Positions 57,191-61,067 of a stretch of 61,067 nt of DNA are shown one piece after another. The stretch comes from Amphiscolops sp. MND2022 (Eukaryota): positions 498,934 to 560,000 of the forward strand of contig CAXLNC010001431.1 of assembly GCA_964187785.1 (NCBI GenBank). Direction: 5' to 3'. Both the position numbers and the translations under genes were made by a program. The notes beneath the pieces were generated by a model, which saw only the letters and a program-made list of their open reading frames with translations, was not told the origin of the DNA and searched no databases. Position 1 is the first letter of the stretch. Each line of letters begins with the position of its first letter.

Positions 57191-58378
57191 CTTTTTGACC
57201 ACCATTCACCAGTTTTGTATTTCGTGTTAATTCTGTGGACTTGCCAAGTACATTTTTTCAGATTTATTGCATGAAGTTGTTTGTGAACGTCGTTTCCGTT
57301 GGTCTATTCGGGTTTAACCGAAACTTCGGTGAAGTACATTTCATTCAAAGCACTTTTTTGAATTTCAAAATAGCCTTTTTTAAACAATCAGATTAAGGAA
57401 AAATTGAATGAAAATCCATCGGAACAACTTTGAATCTTTGTTAGAATTTCTAGAGTGTATGATTGAATTTTCTACGTAGGAGCCTTTAGCAAAGACGTCA
57501 TAGCTTTAGTAAGTATTTCACATTTTATATAGCTTGAAAATACAGAAAAAAAGCAAAAAGAGGTACTTGACAATAAACTAATGACCCTGGAGTTGTATCC
57601 ATTTTTTAAATATTTTGCATGCAAATTCACAAAAACCAATGGCCCGAAAATCCTGTCTAGAATTTTTGAAGAATTGCCTTGCGCCTATTTTCATCGCAAA
57701 TTGAGCGACACTTAACTAACTTCTGTGATCATTTCACCTCATTTTTGTTAACATTGGTACGAAGTTCTACAAAGTTCTGTGAACCAAAAAAGACTAATTT
57801 GAGAATTTTGGAAGTTTTATGAATTCAATTGGAACCATTTTTGAGATGTATATCACCCTTTGTCTCAAAGGTACCCAGAAGCAGTTATCAAAGAAACCGT
57901 TATCTGTACAACAATTCGACGAAATCACACAACTATTCAAATGGCCATGTAATTACAGAGCCAACAAAAACTTGTATATAAATGTATATACCACTGGACG
58001 TGTATAGAAAGTGTATATTCTGTATATAGTCTACATTATGTAAATACCAATTTTGGTGCTCCATAAATTCGGCCTCAATTCTTCATCTCGAGAAACTAAA
58101 TTCGGCATTGGATTGAATTTACGACACAGTTTTCGAGGAGTTGCCAATCTGAATGTTTATAACCAGACCTTTAAATGCTGGTTATTGTTGTTCACTTGTT
58201 ATTGGTTAATTTCTCTGGTTATGGTAAGTTTTTGATTCTTATTATTAAGACCTTGAAATATCAGGTAAACTCGATTTTTCATTCAAGAGGTAAATACGAG
58301 CTCACTGCGTTGATCTAAAAAAACGTTTCTGGAAAACTTAAAAAAGCTAAAGCTTAACTGTGCATTGTGATAGTTTGT

Positions 58379-58851
58379 TTTTAGTCGGCGCTTTTCTTGA
58401 AAAACGCCGACTATAGTCATGGTTTTTCGTCAGTGTTTTTTAGTTTTTTTCGATACACCTGAAGTGACCAAAATAGTTCTACCAAAAGTTCTACAAAATT
58501 TTAAATTGCACCTGTTGGCCCAGGGAACTGAACCAAAAAGGTTTTTTTTCTGCGTAATATACATTACCGTGCGATGCTAAAGGGTCCCCTTTCTGTTTTT
58601 TTTCGGCATTGTGCTACTTTTCGAAAAAAAATTCTACCAAAGGGTCCCCCTTCAATTTTTTTCGGAGTTTTGCGACAGAATGGATGTTAAAAAACCCCAA
58701 AGAGTCCTCCCTTTCAGTTTTTTCGGCATTGTGAGACTTTCATTTTTTTCATAAAAGGGTCCCCAATTCACCAATACTTTGACATTTTGAAGTCCTTTTG
58801 CTATTTTTGAGCTTTAGATATGGCGCCGACTTGGGCCGGTCCCGGTTTGTT
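58379..58851 (+). mobile_element. HINE/DINE-like element, variant subfamily
   Basis: 5' AGTCGGCGCTTTTCTTGAAAACGCCGACT; 3' GGCGCCGACTTGGGCCGGTCCCGGTTTGTT. Confidence 0.78.
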
Positions 58852-59672
58852 TTTTTCTCATCGCGAGAACATTCATTTTTGAAAGCTTTTTGATTCATTT
58901 GAGTTCTGGAAACTTTCTTCGTCGAATAAACTTCCAAATCGAAAATCATGGTTGGTAATTTTCAAACTTTCGATGCGAAAATTTAAAAAACTGCTATTTC
59001 AAACCTATTTCAGGTTTGCTAACAAAAACGTTTCCGACTATTTCAACTCTTGTGAATGTCAAATTCTGGAATCTACTATGAATTTTATCCTCAAAATTTC
59101 ATTACCATAGTTAAAGCCAAATTTTCGATGAATTGGCCTAAAATTGAAAAATTGTTTTTGAACTACGGTTAAATTTATACCATAACTGTCCAATTACCAC
59201 GACCCATGAAAAATTATATCCGAATCAGAAACTACCTTTCAGAAACAATATAACTCAACTTAATAGAAAAACACTGAATTATACCTTTATTAAAAACAAA
59301 CTAACTTGGTTTTAAAACAAAGCAGTGTATTACGCTAAATGAAATTCGTTCAAGTGTTGAAATTCACGTGATTCAGGGGTTCATTGAAATTTGAAATCTT
59401 TCCAACATTTTTTGTTATATTCGGGCAAGTTTGTTTCGTTTTTGAATTTTTCGAGAAAAAATTTTCATTTTCACTTTTATGGTTTAATATGAATGTCGTT
59501 CCGTTTTCAATTTTTTTTTCGGTAGTGTGTTTCACATTGAGATCACTTCGCAGAGAAAGTTTTAATCTGAAACATCTTTAAAAAATCAGGTAATCAAAAA
59601 CTTACTGTTTTCTTTTTGCTGTTATAATTCATGTGAACGAACTGAGCTGGTTTTAACTACTACGCTGGAACG

Positions 59673-59876
59673 ATGACGTGTGTCGGAGTGAACAGATTGG
59701 AGAAGCGGAAACAGATGCAAAGTTTCTGGGATTTGAGATCTTCGAGTTCTTGCTGCGACTTGACTTCGTACTTCCAATCTTGCAGTCAGAATCTTGCAAT
59801 TCCAGACGAGCTCTCTTCAAACACGCAGACGAATAATAAAAACGAGTGTTGTGAAAATGGCGGCACATTTTTCAAG
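59673..59876 (+). other. Possible first exon of a gene continuing to the right
   Basis: Open frame from ATG 59673 (or a short MAAHFS from ATG 59857) ending at AAG|GTCAGT; locally GC-richer. No homology recognised. Confidence 0.3.
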
Positions 59877-60369
59877 GTCAGTTTTTTAGTCTGCGCTTTT
59901 TCAGAAAGTGTGCACGCCGTATAGTAGTGATTTTTTGAATACCGATCCCTTAAACTGACAGGGTTTCATGTAAAGTCCTCAGTAGTAGTAGTAGTAGTTC
60001 GGTCTGACAGACAGTAGATCGCGGGTTCGAATCTTGCTGTAGGTCTGAAGTTTTTGCTCTCTGAATTGGGGTGTACCAATCAGTGTAACGTGAGTAATTG
60101 AGAAACTACTGGTAATAATTCAGTCTGGGTAAAACGGCTCCTTAGTTAAAATCTAATTGAAACCCTATTTCTGGGGAAAAATCTCAGCGACAGCTCGCCA
60201 GCATATAGTATGGAAAGCATAGGCCAACTTCGCTGAGAAGTTTGAGAATAAAGCAGGGGAAGAGATTTGGATAATTACAACGTTGAGACATCAATGCTGT
60301 CCTTCGAAAAAAAAAGATTGACTCAACGCGCTTCAAAAAGTTTTCTGTGAACCGAAAGTTAGCTCAACA

Positions 60370-60560
60370 AGCCACGAACGGCATATCTAAGGCTCAAAAA
60401 TAGCAAAATGACTTCAAAGCGTCAATTATTCTCTTACACAGTACCCGAAAAACTTGAGTTTAAATTTACATCGGTTATAGCGTCAAGAGTTCGGCTTTAG
60501 CATGCTGGGACAAAACGGAGCGTTTTTTTCGAAGCTCCACCTCCTACTTAGTAAAACGCA
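60370..60560 (-). mobile_element. HINE-related fragment
   Basis: Similar to 11500-11580 and 9300-9410 (TATCTAAGGCTCAAAAATAGCA...ACAGTACCCGAAAA; CTCC(A/G)CCTCCT). Confidence 0.5.
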
Positions 60561-60798
60561 AACGGCTCGGGGGTTCGAGCCCCGCCAACAGACAAAAATA
60601 TTTTTCATTGAGACCTGACCCAATCGCAAATCGTTTCAGTTGATTTCAAGAAGTGATTCAATCTTGTTTTGGAGCTGGACGAAGAAAAGGGGTGAACAAA
60701 CTTTATTCAGCGATTAGACAAAACAATGTGAATGAACAAAATCAAAACAAGTTGAGAATGGAAAAACGAAAGTGATTGGTTAATTCAGCAAGCTGTTA

Positions 60799-61007
60799 TT
60801 AATGACATGACAAATTAGAATTTTTGTCAGAACATTCAACATTCCGCCCGCCTTGAAGTATCTTTGATAATTGCAGATTGATAATGTCAAGTGAAAGCGA
60901 CGAGTATGAACACCACACAGTACACATCTCAACGGAGAAACGAAGTAGAGCAGCAACTGGGAGACAGAGCATTGCGGCGACAACGACTGAGATGAACTCA
61001 TGGAAAA
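60799..61007 (-). other. Possible last exon of a minus-strand gene extending beyond the window
   Basis: TTTTTCAG acceptor, then FHEFISVVVAAMLCLPVAALLRFSVEMCTVWC...stop, with a hydrophobic stretch. Confidence 0.3.
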
Positions 61008-61067
61008 CTGAAAAATGAAGATAGTCAATTAAGGGTGAAGCAAGGGTAGTTGAAAGCGGTGAAAAAC

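Noticed and set aside
18918-60590. tRNA-like segments (18918, 14300 region, 26650 region, 51973, 60010, 60560) as functional tRNA genes
   Set aside because: Acceptor and anticodon stems are mispaired or truncated, and most sit inside repeats.

Overview
AT-rich, repeat-dense eukaryotic (animal) genomic DNA. The repeat families resemble, from memory and unverified, those of acoel flatworms. Two intact host genes are supported. One is an intronless KLHL-like gene (414-2999, +) with an unusual B-box/coiled-coil module between BTB and BACK-Kelch. The other is a 7-exon RPS6KC1-like gene (PX-MIT-split pseudokinase; 9911-25457, +; 2400-nt spliced CDS, 799 aa) that the ORF track misses. Best candidate for a new system: intron 1 of this gene is a 569-bp foldback transposon flanked by a perfect 8-bp target duplication (AGGTTCTC) that supplies both the GT donor and the AG acceptor (introner-like). 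A sister copy with its own 8-bp duplication sits at 56804-57190. Three further introns (4, 5, 6) have self-complementary ends next to non-consensus splice sites, two with decayed target duplications around AG|GT, suggesting an age series of transposon-born, stem-bridged introns. From about 28.1 to 45.0 kb lie two tandem arrays (about 1046 bp x8 and 2999 bp x about 3) built from decayed paralogues of one uncharacterised spliced gene family with an SGNH-like domain. They lie directly downstream of a decayed, divergent Helitron-type Rep (45.0-49.4 kb) in the same orientation. The rest is TE debris: a near-complete CR1/L2-group LINE, a second LINE remnant, a Penelope-like RT, an LTR carrying an antisense ORF, gypsy gag pieces, many HINE/DINE-like elements, hAT and Tc1-type MITEs, and tRNA-like fragments. 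All assignments are by eye; no searches were run.
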